From Octopus sinensis (Eukaryota), in the NCBI RefSeq assembly GCF_006345805.1, contig NC_043021.1, positions 18,848,001 to 18,912,000 of the forward strand: a stretch of DNA of 64,000 nt, written 5' to 3'. This document shows positions 48,120-63,019 of this stretch, in pieces. The position numbers were made by a program, and so were the translations under genes. Below the pieces are notes generated by a model. The model was given only the letters and a program-made list of their open reading frames with translations, was not told where the DNA came from and ran no database searches. The first letter of the stretch is position 1. Every line of letters begins with the position of its first letter.

Positions 48120-49008
48120 TATAGGAGTGGCTGTGTGGTAAGTAGCTTGCTTACCAACCACATGGTTCCAGGTTCAGCCCCACTGCATGACGCCTTGGGC
48201 AAGTGCTTTTTACTATAGCCTTGAGCCAACCAAAGCCTTGTGAGTGTATTTGGTAGACGGAAACTGAAAGAAGCCTGTCATATATATGTATATATATATG
48301 TGTGTGTCCCTCCAACATCGCTTGACAACCGATGCTGGTGTGTTTACGTCCCCGTAACTTAGCGGTTCGGCAAAAGAGAACCAATAGAATAAGTACTAGG
48401 CTTACAAAGAATAAGTCCAGGGGTTGATTTGCTCAACTAAAGGCGGTGCTCCAGCATGGCCGCAGTCAAATGACTGAAACAAGTAAAAGACAGAGTAAAG
48501 AGGCTTTGGTTGGCCTGAGGCTATAGTAGAAGCCCACTATGTCACACAATGAAATTTTGATGGAAGGTTTTAATTTAGCTAATTTTAAAGCAGAAAATTC
48601 GTCTCAGGTGAGATGGATATTTCTGTTAAAATATAACTACTTTACTCTTTTACTTGTTTCAGTCATTTAACTGCGGCCATGCTAAAGCACTGTCTTTAAT
48701 CGAGCAACTCGACCCCGGGACTTATTCTTTTGTAAGCCCAGTACTTATTCTATCAGTCTCTTTTGCCGAACCGCTAAGTAGCGGGGACATAAACACACCA
48801 GCATCAGTCGTCAAGCAATGCTAGGGGGACAAACACAGACACACTAACATATATACACACACATACATATATATATATATATACATATATACGATGAGCT
48901 TCTTTCAGTTTCTATCTACCAAATCCACTCACAAGGCTTTGGTCGGCCCGAGGCTGTAGTAGAAGACACTTGCCCAAGGTGCCACGCAATGGGACGGAAC
49001 CCGGAACT
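48120..49008. mobile_element. Inverted pair of SINE A copies (48120-48497 +, 48637-49008 -)
   Basis: Both near full length; further copies at about 49350-49700 (-), 49745-50130 (+), 44500-44905 (+) and 56098-56498 (-). Confidence 0.9.
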
Positions 49009-49699
49009 TTGTTTCAAAGATTCTTGAAAATCCTGAAGACTTTAGTAAATCAAATTTGTCATTATTAACCTGGTGTTTGGAACATAAATTAACTTGAATT
49101 ACTGCTAGAAGGTTTTAATTAAGGTAATTTTAAAACAGTGTGTTTGTGTCATAAAACCAGTGGATGGTCTCAGACGGATTGATATCAGAAAGGTCATTCA
49201 TTTCATCAACTCTGGGAAAAAGAAAAGACAAAGTGGACCACAACAGGATTTGAACTCAGAACACTAGGAACTACAACAAATGCCACATTCTAACAATCCT
49301 TTGAATTTACCTGTTAAAACGTACTGTTTCAAGATATTTCTATCTCTTCTCTTTTGCCCTTGTTTCAGTCATTAGACTGCAGCCATCCTGGGGCACCACT
49401 TCGAAGGGTTGGTGTTGAATTAATCCCCACCTCCAATACTTTTTTAAGCCTAGCGTTTATTCTCTCGGTCTCTTTTGCCAAACCACTAAGTCACAGAGAT
49501 GTAAACACATCAATGCAATTTCTCAAGTGGTGATGAGGGTCAAACAAACACACACACACACATCTATATGATGGGCTTCTTTCAGTTTCCATCGCCAAAT
49601 GCATTCACAAGGCTTTGGTTGGCCTGAGGCTATAGTAGAAAAAGCCCACTATGTCACACAATGGGACTGAACCCAGAATCACGTGGTTAGGAAGCAAGC

Positions 49700-49745
<46 letters not shown>

Positions 49746-50128
49746 GTGCAGGCATGGCTAAGTGGTAAGAAGCTTGCTTCCCAACCACATGGTTCCAGGT
49801 TCAGTTCCACTGTGTAGCACCTTGGGCAAATGTCTTCTACTATAATCTCAAGCTGACCAAAGCTTTGTGAGTGGATTTGGTAGACAGAAAGTGAAAGAAG
49901 TCTGTCTTGTATATATATATATGTAAATGTTTGTGTGTCTGTGTTTGGTCTCCCACCACTGCTTGACAACCGATATTGGTGTGTTTACATCCCCGTAACT
50001 TAGCAGTTCAGCAAAAGAGGCCGATAGAATAAGTACTAGGCTTACAAAGAATAAGTCCTAAGGTCGATTTGTTCAATTAAAGGCAGTACTCCAGCATGGC
50101 TGCAGTCAAATGACTGAAACAAATAAAA

Positions 50129-50165
<37 letters not shown>

Positions 50166-51699
50166 TGTATCAGCCAGGCCATTGGATGTAATTATACACC
50201 ACTGGCCACAATGCACTTCCTCACAAAATTTTAGCTTTCGGATGATGCCTCCCTACTGGTGGGGTAGACAAGCCTATGAATTATAAGTGAACAATGTGAG
50301 GTCATGACCTTCCTCCTAAATGGGATGTCAGTCTGTCTGGGAGGTCACTCATTTCGTGCTGAGTGAACTGGAAGCAACATATATTGAAGAGTTTTGCTCA
50401 AAAAAATGCAACACATGCACTGCCTGGTCCAGGAACCGAAACTACAATCTCGTGATTGTCAGTGTGACACCCTAAACCACTAAGCCATGAGCCTCCATGG
50501 TTTTGACAGGTTTTCTAAAAATCAGGAAGAAAAAAAAAATAAGGATAAAAATAAAAATCTGGAATCTGCGGAAAACCGGTGAAGGCCCGCATCGGCAACA
50601 CTAACAGAGATAACTGACTTTTCAGGTTTATCAAAAATAACGATTTCTTACATTGGCATCAGCCCATAAATCTGCAGAGAGAGAGAGAGAGAAGGAGAGA
50701 GCAGAGGAAAGAAGAAGAGGTGGTGGTGGTGGTGGCAGGGTGGAGTATGGTCAGTTAGATCAGCTGTTGAACTAGTAACTGTTTTAATTGATTCTGTATT
50801 GATGAAAGGAAAAGTTGAGGTTGACCCAGGTCTAGTTTCGAACGGCGAATATAAAGTCATGGAACATAATATCATTAGAAGATGTTTAGTCTTCTGCTTT
50901 ACCAAATACCTCCTCCTCCCCCTCCTCTTCCTCCCCTCCTTCCCCTCCCTTCTTCCCCTCCCCCTTAATTGTTTCTTATGTGGGCACTAGGCCAGTGGTT
51001 TTGAAGGGTGTGGGGCCACCAGTTGACTGCATTGACAGGCGTGGCTGTGTGCTTAGAAGTTTGCTTCTCAACCTTATGGTTCCAGGTTCAGCCCCACTGC
51101 ATGGCTGTGACACACCTTGGGCAAGTGTTTCTACTGTAGCGCCAGGTTGACCAAAAACCTTGTGAGTCAATTGGCAGCCTCTCAGCCCCTACCCCACCCC
51201 CATGTATTCTACATTTGTAAACCATGTAGAGTACATCGTGACATATGCACATACATCATGGAGTACACCATATCTTACATGTACATGCAGCACAGAGTAT
51301 CTCACGACGTACAGACATACATGCTATAGAGTACCCCATGACATATACACACACCATAGAGTACCTGACATCATACACACACAACAAAGAGTACTCCACA
51401 ATATGCATACACAATATAGAGTACCTCTCAGCATACACAATAAAAAGTTCCTGACAGCATACATACACACATCAAAGAATACTCCACGACATATATATAC
51501 AATATAGAGTACCTCTCCACATACAAAATAAAGAGTACCTGACAACACACAAAGTACTCCATGCATACATACACAATATAGAGGACTTCTCAAGGTACAC
51601 ACCATAGAGTACCTCAACATGGAGTACTTGACAACAGGCTTACATAGCATAGATTATTGCATGACATACACACATAGTACAGAGTACCTTTCAACATGT

Positions 51700-54300
51700 A
51701 CACAGCATAGAGTATGTCACAATATACACACCATAAAGTACCCCACAATATATACACCATATAGTACCTAAAGACATACACATGCACATACCATAAAGTA
51801 CCTCACGACACAGGCACATACACACTAGAGTACTCCCCACACCATAAAGTACCCCACAATATATGCACCATATAGTACCTCAAGACATACACATGCACAC
51901 ACCATGAAGTACCTCACAACACAGCACATACACACTAGAGTACTCCCCACACCATAAAGTACCCCACATATATACACCATATAGTACCTCAAGACATACA
52001 CATGCACACACCATAAAGTACCTCACGACACAGGCACATACACACTAGAGTACTCCCCACACCATAAAGTACCCCACAATATATACACCATATAGTACCT
52101 CAAGACATACACATGCACACACCATAAAGTACCTCACGACACAGGCACATAGACACTAGAGTACTCCCCATACTATAAAGTCCCCCACAATATATACACC
52201 ATATTGTACCTCAAGACAGACACATGCACACACCATAAAGTACCTCACAACACAGGAAAATACACACTAGAGTACTCACCATAAAGTACCCTGTAATATA
52301 TACACCATATAGTACCTCAAGACATACACATGCACACACCATGAAGTACCTCACAACACAGGCACATACACAATAGAGTACTCCCCACACCATAAAGTAC
52401 CCCACAATATATGCACCATATAGTACCTAAAGACATACACATGCACACCCATAAAGTACCTCACACACAGGCACATACACACTAGAGTACTCACCACACA
52501 TAAAGTACCTCACACACAGGCACATACACACTAGAGTACTCCCCACACCATAAAGTACCCCACAATATATACACCATATAGTACCTCAAGACATACACAT
52601 GCACACACCATGAAGTACCTCACAACACAGGCACATACACACTAGAGTACTCCCCACACCATAAAGTACCCCACAATATATACACCATATAGTACCTCAA
52701 GACATACACATGCACACACCATAAAGTACCTCACGACACAGGCACATACACACTAGAGTACTCCCCACACCATAAAGTACCCCACAATATATACACCATA
52801 TAGTACCTCAAGACATACACATGCACACACCATAAAGTACCTCACGACACAGGCACATAGACACTAGAGTACTCCCCATACTATAAAGTACCCCACAATA
52901 TATACACCATATTGTACCTCAAGACAGACACATGCACACACCATAAAGTACCTCACAACACAGGAACATACACACTAGAGTACTCACCACACCATAAAGT
53001 ACCCTGTAATATATACACCATATAGTACCTCAAGACATACACATGCACACACCATGAAGTACCTCACAACACAGGCACATACACAATAGAGTACTCCCCA
53101 CACCATAAAGTACCCCACAATATATGCACCATATAGTACCTCAAGACATACACATGCACACACCATAAAGTACCTCACGACACAGGCACATACACACTAG
53201 AGTACTCCCCACACCATAAAGTACCCCACAATATATACACCATATTGTACCTCAAGACAGACACATGCACACACCATAAAGTACCTCACGACACAGGCAC
53301 ATACACACTAGAGTACTCCCCACACCATAAAGTACCCCACAATATATACACCATATTGTACCTCAAGACAGACACATGCACACACCATAAAGTACCTCAC
53401 GACACAGGCACATACACACTAGAGTACTCCCCATACTATAAAGTACCCCACAATATATACACCATATAGTACCTCAAGTCATACACATGCACACACCATA
53501 AAGTACCTCACAACACAGGCACATACACACTAGAGTACTCACCACACCATAAAGTACCCCACAATATATACACCATATAGTACCTCAAGACATACACATG
53601 CACACACCATGAAGTACCTCATGACACAGGCACATACACACTAGAGTACTCCCCACACCATAAAGTACCCCACAATATATGCACCATATAGTACCTAAAG
53701 ACATACACATGCACACACCATAAAGTACCTCACGACACAGGCACATAGACACTAGAGTACTCCCCATACTATAAAGTACCCCACAATATATACACCATAT
53801 AGTACCTCAAGTCATACACATGCACACACCATAAAGTACCTCACAACACAGGCACATACACACTAGAGTACTCACCACACCATAAAGTACCCCACAATAT
53901 ATACACCATATAGTACCTCAAGACATACACATGCACACACCATGAAGTACCTCATGACACAGGCACATACACACTAGAGTACTCCCCACACCATAAAGTA
54001 CCCCACAATATATGCACCATATAGTACCTAAAGACATACACATGCACACACCATAAAGTACCTCACAACACATGTACATACACACTAGAGTACTCCCCAC
54101 ACCAAAAAGTACCCCACAATATATTCACCATATAGTACCTCAAGAAATACACATGCACACACCATAAAGTACCTCATGGCATAAGCACATACACACTAGA
54201 GTACTCCCCACACCATAAAGTATTCCATAATATATGCACCATATAGTACCTCAAGACATACACATGTACACACCATAAAGTACCTCACAGCATACACACA
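51700..54300. repeat. ~111-bp higher-order minisatellite, about 23 units
   Basis: Unit of four AGTAC-core sub-repeats; equivalent positions at 52061 and 52172. Confidence 0.92.
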
Positions 54301-56289
54301 CACCGTAGAGTGCCACATGATACACACATCATAAAGTACCCTACAACATACATAGACACCATACTGAAAAATAATGCTGCCAAAATCTGGATGCATAGAG
54401 TACAATTTAATATGAGAGAAAACAGAATGCTGGGACAGAACACTGCGCAACCCCAAGGCGACAGATGCGCTCTTGGTTGTGCAGAGAAAAACAGCTGCAA
54501 TAAAAAAATACAACAACTGATAAATAATTATTTAGATTGAAAAACAAAGAGAGAGAGAGGGAAGTGGAATTATTAAACTTTGACATATTCCTTGGCAAAT
54601 GTCTTACTTCATCAATAAACAGTATATAAATACACACACACAGACAGTATATATATATTTATATATGTGGTATATATATATTATAGTTGGCAAACTGACA
54701 GGTGGTACAACAACTAACACAAATGTCGGTTTTTTTTTTTTTTATCTTATATTTTTAATGGCTTCTATGATTTACATCAGATCCATGAGCCATTTCACTA
54801 TCGTCAATGTATTTCGTCATCATCATTGCCGTCATCAACATCACCAACATCATCATCACCATCGTTGTCGTCATCGTCATCACCATCATCATCATTATCA
54901 TCATCATTGCCGTCGTCGACATCACCAACATCATTATCATCAGTATCATCATCATTATCATCGTCGACGTCATCACCATTATCACCCTCATCATCATCAT
55001 CGTTATCATCATCATTGCCGTCATCAACATCACCAAATCATTATCATCAGTATCATCGCCATCATTGTCGTCATCATCATCATCATCACCCTCGTCATTA
55101 TCATCATCATTGCCGGCTTCGACATCACCAACAGCATTATCATCAGTATCATCATCTCGTCGTTGTCGTCGCTGCCACGGTTGTCGACATCGTTATCATT
55201 ATCATCGACATCGTCACCATTATCGTTTATCATCACCATCTTTGTCGGCGTCATCATCACCATCATCATCACTATCAACATTGCTAGCATCATCAACATT
55301 CACTATCACCACCAACATCACCTTCAGTGTCATCATAAAGATGATGATGATGATGGGAGTGGGGAGAGGGGGAGACCAAGATGATCGTTTGATATTTAGA
55401 AATCAATATTTATGTTAGAAATCATTAATATTTATGACTGTCAGAATCTTTAGAGTTTCACATAATATACCTTGTGGTATTTGTTGTTGCTCTTCATGTT
55501 CTAAGTTCAAGTCCTGCTGAGGTTGACTTAGCCTTTTAACCTTCTGGATGTTGATAAAACGAAGTGCCATTCCCCCAAGAATGTTTGACCTTTATTATGT
55601 CTGTAAAAAATTAAAGGGTTCTACTCCTTAGCATTTAGACTACCCTGTCAAATTTAATACCTATTTATTCACATTGCTGTAAATTAATTATGCTTTCATC
55701 GTTAATTATCTTGCAGCTTTGAGATTTCAATGAGGCCATTTTCTATTTCTAGAATGACATTGTAGGGTAGGTGTGAGAGGCCAAATCTAGACAGTTTGAA
55801 CATAAAACAAGGAGAATATTTGGGCCAGACATGGCTGGTTTAATCCCTTAACATTTAGATTATTCTCTGTCAAATGTAATTCTTATTTATTCACAATGTT
55901 TTGCATTAATCATGCATTATCTTGTAGCCTTGGGATTTCTATGATATGATTAGGGCTTTCCCTTGTAGCTTTGAGACTTCAGTGATATGATATTTAGAAT
56001 CACATTGTAAGGTAGGTATGAGAGGCAAGATCTGGCCAGTTTGGACATAAAACAGGTAGAATATTTGGACCAGATATGGCTGGTTTAATCCTGTAACTCT
56101 CTGCAGCCATGCTGGAGCACCGCCTTTAGCCGAGCAAATCGACCCCTGGACTTATTCTTTGTAAGCCTAGTACTTATTCTATCGGTCTCTTTTGCTGAAC
56201 CGCTAAGTTACGGGGATGTAAACACACCAGCATCGGTTGTCAAGCGATGCTGGGGGGACAAACACAGACACACAAACATATACACATAC

Positions 56290-56338
<49 letters not shown>

Positions 56339-57344
56339 TACGACAGGCTTCTTTCAGTTTCCGTCTACCAAATCCACTCACAAGGCCTTGGTCGGCCCGA
56401 GGCTACAGTAGAAGACACTTGCCCAAGTCACCACACAGTAGGACTGAACCCAGAACCATGTGGTTGGTAAACAAGCTACTTACCACACAGCCACTCTTGC
56501 ACCATTTAGATAACTGTGTCAAATATAATGCTTCTTTACTTACAATGTTTTGAATTAAACAAGCATTATCTTGTAGCTTTGAGATTTCAATAGCATCACT
56601 GGGTATTTGTAGCATGACATTGTAGGATAGATGTGACAGGCCAGATATGGCTAGTTTAACCTTTTTGATAGCAACCTGCCTGATATTGCCCTTGGGTCTT
56701 TGATAGAAAACTCCCTGTTTTAACCCTTTCATTACTGTATTTATGTTGAGATGCTCTGTGTATCTTTCAATTACTTTAAATATAACAAAGAATTTAGTAA
56801 AATAACTTAGTTATCATTAAGCTAATGTTAGGAACATTCATTTTGACTAAGGTTTGGTGGAATATTTTAATTCAAAATTTATGAAAACAAGACATTTGTA
56901 CTACAGAGCCAGTTTCAGCTGGGTTGATAATGAAAGGGTGAAGAATTGTTTCTCTATTATATATTTTAACCCTTTTGTTACCATATTTATGTTGAGATGC
57001 TCTGTGTTTCTTTCAATTACTTTTAAATAAAACAAAGAATTTAGTAAAATAACTTAGTTATCATTCAGCTAGTGTTAGGAACATAAATTGTGACTAAGGT
57101 TTGGTGGAAGATTTTAATTTAAAACTTATGAAAACAAGACATTTGTACTACAGACCCAGAGCCGGTTTCAGCCGGGTTGGTAACAAAAGGGTTAAAATGA
57201 TCCTAATTAAAAGCTTCCATCAAAATTTCATGTTATGTTCTAAGCACTGCACAACCCATAAGACAACAGATGTTGTCTTGGTTGTGCATGGAAACAAAAA
57301 AAAATGCCAAAAAAATGCAAAAAAAAATATATCAACTGATTAAA

Positions 57345-57711
57345 ACATTTTCAAAGACGTGGGCTGGCATGACATCACCCGAACTGGAGACACACCCAAG
57401 GACTTTCACAGTTTGGGGGGACTTAATTTTCATGATGTCCATGTCATGTCTTTCAGCCATTACAGTGTTTATAGAGCAATGAACAGCTGTCATGGTCCTG
57501 GCATTTTGATAGCCAGCATGAATCATCATGATACTTGTAACTCTTTTCTAATATTCAGATGGCTTACACTCCTCCATGCTGGTTAGCTTTTTCTCAACTA
57601 AAACTTGAATCTTTATGCTCTCCAATGCTGGTGATTGTTCACCAGTACACCAAAGTGTTCCTGAAAAATAAGGGACAAAAACCCCATCAAATTTAACCGA
57701 AGCACCCTGTA
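57345..57711 (-). mobile_element. Internally deleted IS630-Tc1-mariner element (maT/rosa-like), one TIR
   Basis: Terminus TACAGGGTGCTTCGG; MEECKPSEY*KRVTSIMMIHAG...CSINTV joined to KSPQTVKVLGCVSSSGDVMPAHVF. Confidence 0.65.
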
Positions 57712-57730
57712 TATGTATATATATATATAT

Positions 57731-58411
57731 ATGTTTGGTGTATTGAGAAGTACTGTCTCGAAAATAATGGCAACCTTTGAGACAGAGGGAAAAAACCTTC
57801 TCGTCGAAACAAAATTCCAGAACAAAACCAAAACTTTCAGATAGGGACCATCAGACTCTCTTACATGAATTGTTAGAAAGGATCACAAAAGTACAGCTCC
57901 CAAAATTACTGCAGGGCTTAATAACCACCTTGAGAAACCAGTTTCCACTAAAACTGTTCACCGGGCGCTGCACAAAGCCAGATTTCATAGGAGGGCTTCA
58001 ATCAGAAAATCACTACTTTCAAAAACAAACGTTGCAAAGTGATTAGAGCAGAGTAAAAACCTACAAAATTGGTCCTTAAAGCAGTGGAAGAATGTTATTT
58101 TCTCAGACGAGTCATCCTTTACCCTATTTCTGACCACTGGCTGAGTATACGTATAGAGACAGCCAAAAGAAGCAGATGACCTAGACTGCCTTCTTCCAAC
58201 TGTTAAACATGGAGGAGGATCTGTGATGATCAGGGGGAGGGGCTATATCTTGGAAATCCACCGGCCCAATGGTTTCCCTTCATGGCAGGATTAATAGTCA
58301 AGACCATTTAAGCATTTTATCTGATCAAATTCATCCTATGATTGTGGAACTGTTTCCAGAGGGAAACACAATCTTTCAGGATGATAATACACCAATTCAC
58401 TCAGCTAAAGT
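57731..58411 (+). mobile_element. Tc1-like transposase pseudogene fragment
   Basis: KPKLSDRD...VSTKTVHRALHKA...WKNVIFSDESSF...TVKHGGGSVMI...IFQDDNTPIHSAK with stops and frameshifts; third catalytic residue missing. Confidence 0.85.
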
Positions 58412-59202
58412 TCTTGCTGACAACAGTATGTGACACCAGTATCTGCCACAATTGTGACTTTGCTCTCCACGATGGGTCTTCTTCTCAAGCAGTTCTTCTT
58501 ACATATATATATATATGAGAAAACACCATCCGTTCGTGGCCGTTTGCCAGCTCTGTCTGGCACCTGTGCAGGTGGCACGTAAAAAGCACCCACTACACTC
58601 ACGGAGTGGTTGGCATTAGGAAGGGCATCCAGCCGTAGAAACACTGCCAAATCTGACTGGGCCTGATGAAGCCTTCCGGCTTCACAGACCCCAGTTAAAC
58701 CGTCCAACCCATGCTAGCATGGAAAACAGACGCTAAATGATGTTGATGATGATGATGATGATATATTATAGATATAGGGTGAAAAATTATTAATTTATAA
58801 TTAATAAATTTCACCAAGCAGTTTCGGTATGGAAAAGAACCATATTTGGTAAAAACTTATACAAGAAGTTTTATATATAATTATAACAATAATTAAGGGT
58901 TTAGCAACGAGTTGCTTAACCACATACCGAAAACTTTAGAAATAGCAGCCAAAAGACTGTTATTTCTATTCGCTTAATTATTGTTATAAATATATATATA
59001 TATATATAGATATATATATATATATATAACTCCAAGAAAGTTAGAGGTTGTGAACCCAACCAACTAAGGGATAATATCTATCCAATATACTGCTGGTAGA
59101 ATACCCAGTTATTAATACACAAGTGTTTTTTATTGCATTGCAATTACATTAGCAAGTGTACTAAATGGGTGATGGTAAAGAGTTATCCTACCATTAATTT
59201 AC

Positions 59203-59399
59203 AGAGCAATAAGAAAATGGAGGGGATCAATAGGTGGTATTCGTCAACTTTTAGACATTATATTATGTTAACTTATTTATTTATTTATTTACTAAAATGA
59301 CAATTACTGTCATTTTAGTAAATAAATAAATAAATTGACATAATATAATGTCTAAAAGTTGACGAATACCACCTATTGATCCCCTCCATTTTCTTATTG

Positions 59400-59403
<4 letters not shown>
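59203..59403. repeat. Near-perfect inverted repeat, ~98-bp arms, 5-nt loop
   Basis: AGAGCAATAAGAAAATGG...AATGACA-attac-TGTCATT...CCATTTTCTTATTGCTCT; two mismatches and one extra TATT unit. Confidence 0.95.
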
Positions 59404-59461
<58 letters not shown>

Positions 59462-60004
59462 TTCCCCCTTGTTCTGGTCTAACGACCCTCTATGTTTGTT
59501 TTCGTTTGGTTTCCTTGTATGTCCCTCTGTCCTGTTTTTGTCACCAACTTTGACCCTCCATAAATCCAAAATTTTATTTTGGTATTTTGGATTTGAGGGA
59601 GCAACTGTCTTCGAAGACTCGTATTGTCGTTCAATGCTCGAAATGAGGAGTAGACAGACAATTGACAACTGATGAAGGGTTGTTCTGTCTATTACTTGTC
59701 CTGGTCTCCATTTTTCCTCCTCTTGTTGTTTGCATATTTAACACATTTGTTTTCGTATTTCATGTTGTTTACTCTTGGTAATGTCCCGTACCCATATATG
59801 CATATACACAAATATATATATCGTTTATATTATATATATATACATATATATATATATAGATGTACTTACATCTCTTTCAGATTTAATTATATATATAAAT
59901 ATATATATATACATATATAGTTTATATCATATACATATAGATACACATGCACACATACAATATGTGTGTATATGCATATATATATATATATATACATATG
60001 TATG

Positions 60005-60067
<63 letters not shown>

Positions 60068-60226
60068 GTATATATATATATATACATATGTATATATATA
60101 TATACATATGTATATATATATATATATATGCATATATATACATATTTATATACATATGTATATGTGTGTGTGTATGTATATATATATGTATGTATATATA
60201 TATACGTATGTATATGTGTGTATGTG

Positions 60227-60262
<36 letters not shown>

Positions 60263-60589
60263 TATGTATATACATATCTATCTATCTATATATATATATA
60301 TATACATATTCATGAAAAACACACACACATACACACATGTTGATCATGCAAACTATAAACCAGTATTACATATTATTGTCTTAGAAGTAAAAAAATGCAA
60401 AACAATGTTTAATTAGCAAAAGGTCTTTTTGTATAAAATAAAACAACAACAACATCAACAACAAAGGGATAAGATAAGAAATGATATAATATTTCTATTT
60501 TCAGTCTCTCCTGCCATCTTGATTTCTCTGTACTGTGGTGAAATACTTGAAAAGTCGTCTGTATGTCTCTCTGTGACTATGTCTCTCTA

Positions 60590-62000
60590 TATTGTCTCCG
60601 TGTTTGGTTGCTGCTGTGTCTGTCTTGTCTTAATGTCTGTCTGTGGCTATGTCTATCTTGGATTGTATGTCTGTCTGTGACTCTGTCCATCTCTGTCTGT
60701 ATGTCTGTCTGTCTGTGGCTATGTCTACCTTGGATTGTATGTCTGTCTGTGGCTTTGTCTGTTCCATCTGTATATATGTCTGTGGCTATGTCTATTTTGG
60801 ATTGTATGTCTGTCTGTGGCTATGTCTATCTCGGATTGTATGTCCGTCTGTGGCTATGTCTATCTCGGATTGTATGTCTGTATGTGGCTATGTATATTCA
60901 ATCGTATGTCTGTCTGTCGTGGCTTTGTCTGTTCCATTTGTATGTCTGTCTGTGGCTATGTCTATCTTGGATTTTATGTCTGTCTGTGGCTATGTCTATC
61001 TCGGATTGTATGTCCGTCTGTGGCTATGTCTATCTCGGATTGTATGTCCGTCTGTGGCTATGTCTATCTCATGGTATGTCTGTCTGTCTGTGGCTTTGTC
61101 TGTTCCATTTGTATGTCTGTCTGTGGCTATGTCTATCTTGGATTTTATGTCTGTCTGTGGCTATGTCTATCTCGGATTGTATGTCCGTCTGTGGCTATGT
61201 CTATCTCGGATTGTATGTCCGTCTGTGGCTATGTCTATCTCGGATTGTATGTCCGTCTGTGGCTATGTCTATCTCGGATTGTATGTCTGTCTGTGGCTAT
61301 GTCTATCTTGGATTGTATGTCTGTCTGTGGCTATGTCTATCTTGGATTGTATGCCACCCCGTGGCTTTGTCTATCTCATCTGTATGTCTGTCTGTCTGTG
61401 GCTTTGTCTGTTCCATTTGTATGTCCGTCTGTGGCTATGTCTATCTTGGATTTTATGTCTGTCTGTGGCTATGTCTATCTTGGATTGTATGTCTGTCTGT
61501 GGCTATGTCTATCTTGGATTGTATGTCTCTCTATGGCTTTGTCTGTTCCATCTGTATGTCTGTCTGTGGCTTTGTCTGTTCCATCTGTATGTCTGTCTGT
61601 GGCTATGTCTATCTTGGATTTTATGTCTGTCTGTGGCTATGTCTATCTTGGATTGTATGTCTGTCTGTGGCTATGTCTATCTTGGATTGTATGTCTGTCT
61701 GTGGCTATGTCTATCTTGGATTGTATGTCTGTCTGTGGCTTTGTCTGTTCCATCTGTATGTCTGTCTGTGGCTATGTCTATCTTGGATTGTATGTCTGTC
61801 TGTGGCTATGTCTATCTTGGATTGTATGTCTGTCTGTGGCTATGTCTATCTTGGATTGTATGTCTGTCTGTGGCTATGTCTATCTTGGATTGTATGTCTG
61901 TCTGTGGCTATGTCTATCTTGGATTGTATGTCATCCCGTGGCTTTGTCTATCTCATCTGTATGTCTGTGGCTATGTCTATTCCATCTGTATGTCCGTCTG
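60590..62000. repeat. 33-34-bp minisatellite
   Basis: GTCTGTCTGTGGCTATGTCTATCTTGGATTGTAT with variant GGCTTTGTCTGTTCCATCTGTAT; explains ORFs 60563-62126. Confidence 0.95.
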
Positions 62001-62462
62001 TGGCTATGTCTATCTAGTTTGTATGTTTGTGTGTGTGTTGTGTGTGTGTCTATGTCCTTCTACTCTGTTTGTCTCTCCCTGGCTACGCCTATCTTGTCAC
62101 TAGATCTATCTAGCCTGTATATTTAATTGTGGCTATGTCTAACTCGTCTGTAGTTTGTTTCTATCCGTGCCTGTCTGGGTCTGGTTTGTAGGTTTGTATG
62201 TCTGCGGCTATGTCTATCTTGTCTGCTTGTCACTTGTCAAGTAAAATGCCTCCTAAAAATCATACATACATACATACACACTCATATGCACATGCATGTA
62301 CATACGCATATACACACATGCTTGTACATACATACATACATTCATACACATGTGCATACATACTCACTCACATGAACATACACATGCATTTATACATTCA
62401 ATTATTTATCTGACACACCCAACTTTTCAGTTATTAATTAGTGCAAGTGGTTCGTTCAGATT

Positions 62463-62493
<31 letters not shown>

Positions 62494-62494
62494 T

Positions 62495-62548
<54 letters not shown>

Positions 62549-63019
62549 TGATAAAGCAATGTGGCTTTTTTATAGATTATTGTTGTTTTTGCTGTTGTTG
62601 CTTAGTTCTGTGTCAGTTCCCGATCTAGCCAACATTGTGATCAAAGGTTATTCCATATGTGACCATCTTGTCGTTTTTTGTGTTGTTTTATTTATTTTTT
62701 TATTTTTCTCTAAACATGGTGTAAACTTTAATAATTCTTTCGGTGAGATTTAAGATTTAAGAGACACCTGACTGCCATTTCATGCAGATTGAGTAGTAAT
62801 AGAATATTATATACCACAATCATCACCACCACCCCCATCATGATCATTATCATCAAGATCACCACCGCCCCACCTCCACCATTTGAGTCCTTGTCTCTGT
62901 CTTAGACATCAGTATTAGCCACAATAAGGGTGGTATATTGATAAAATTGGTAGAGCATCCACTATTATAATTTTGTGTTTCTTATCACATCTTTCTACAT
63001 TCCAAGTTTAAAATTCCTG

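Noticed and set aside
59636-59690. Type II hammerhead (GAAA...CTGATGA)
   Set aside because: Stems I and III do not pair convincingly.
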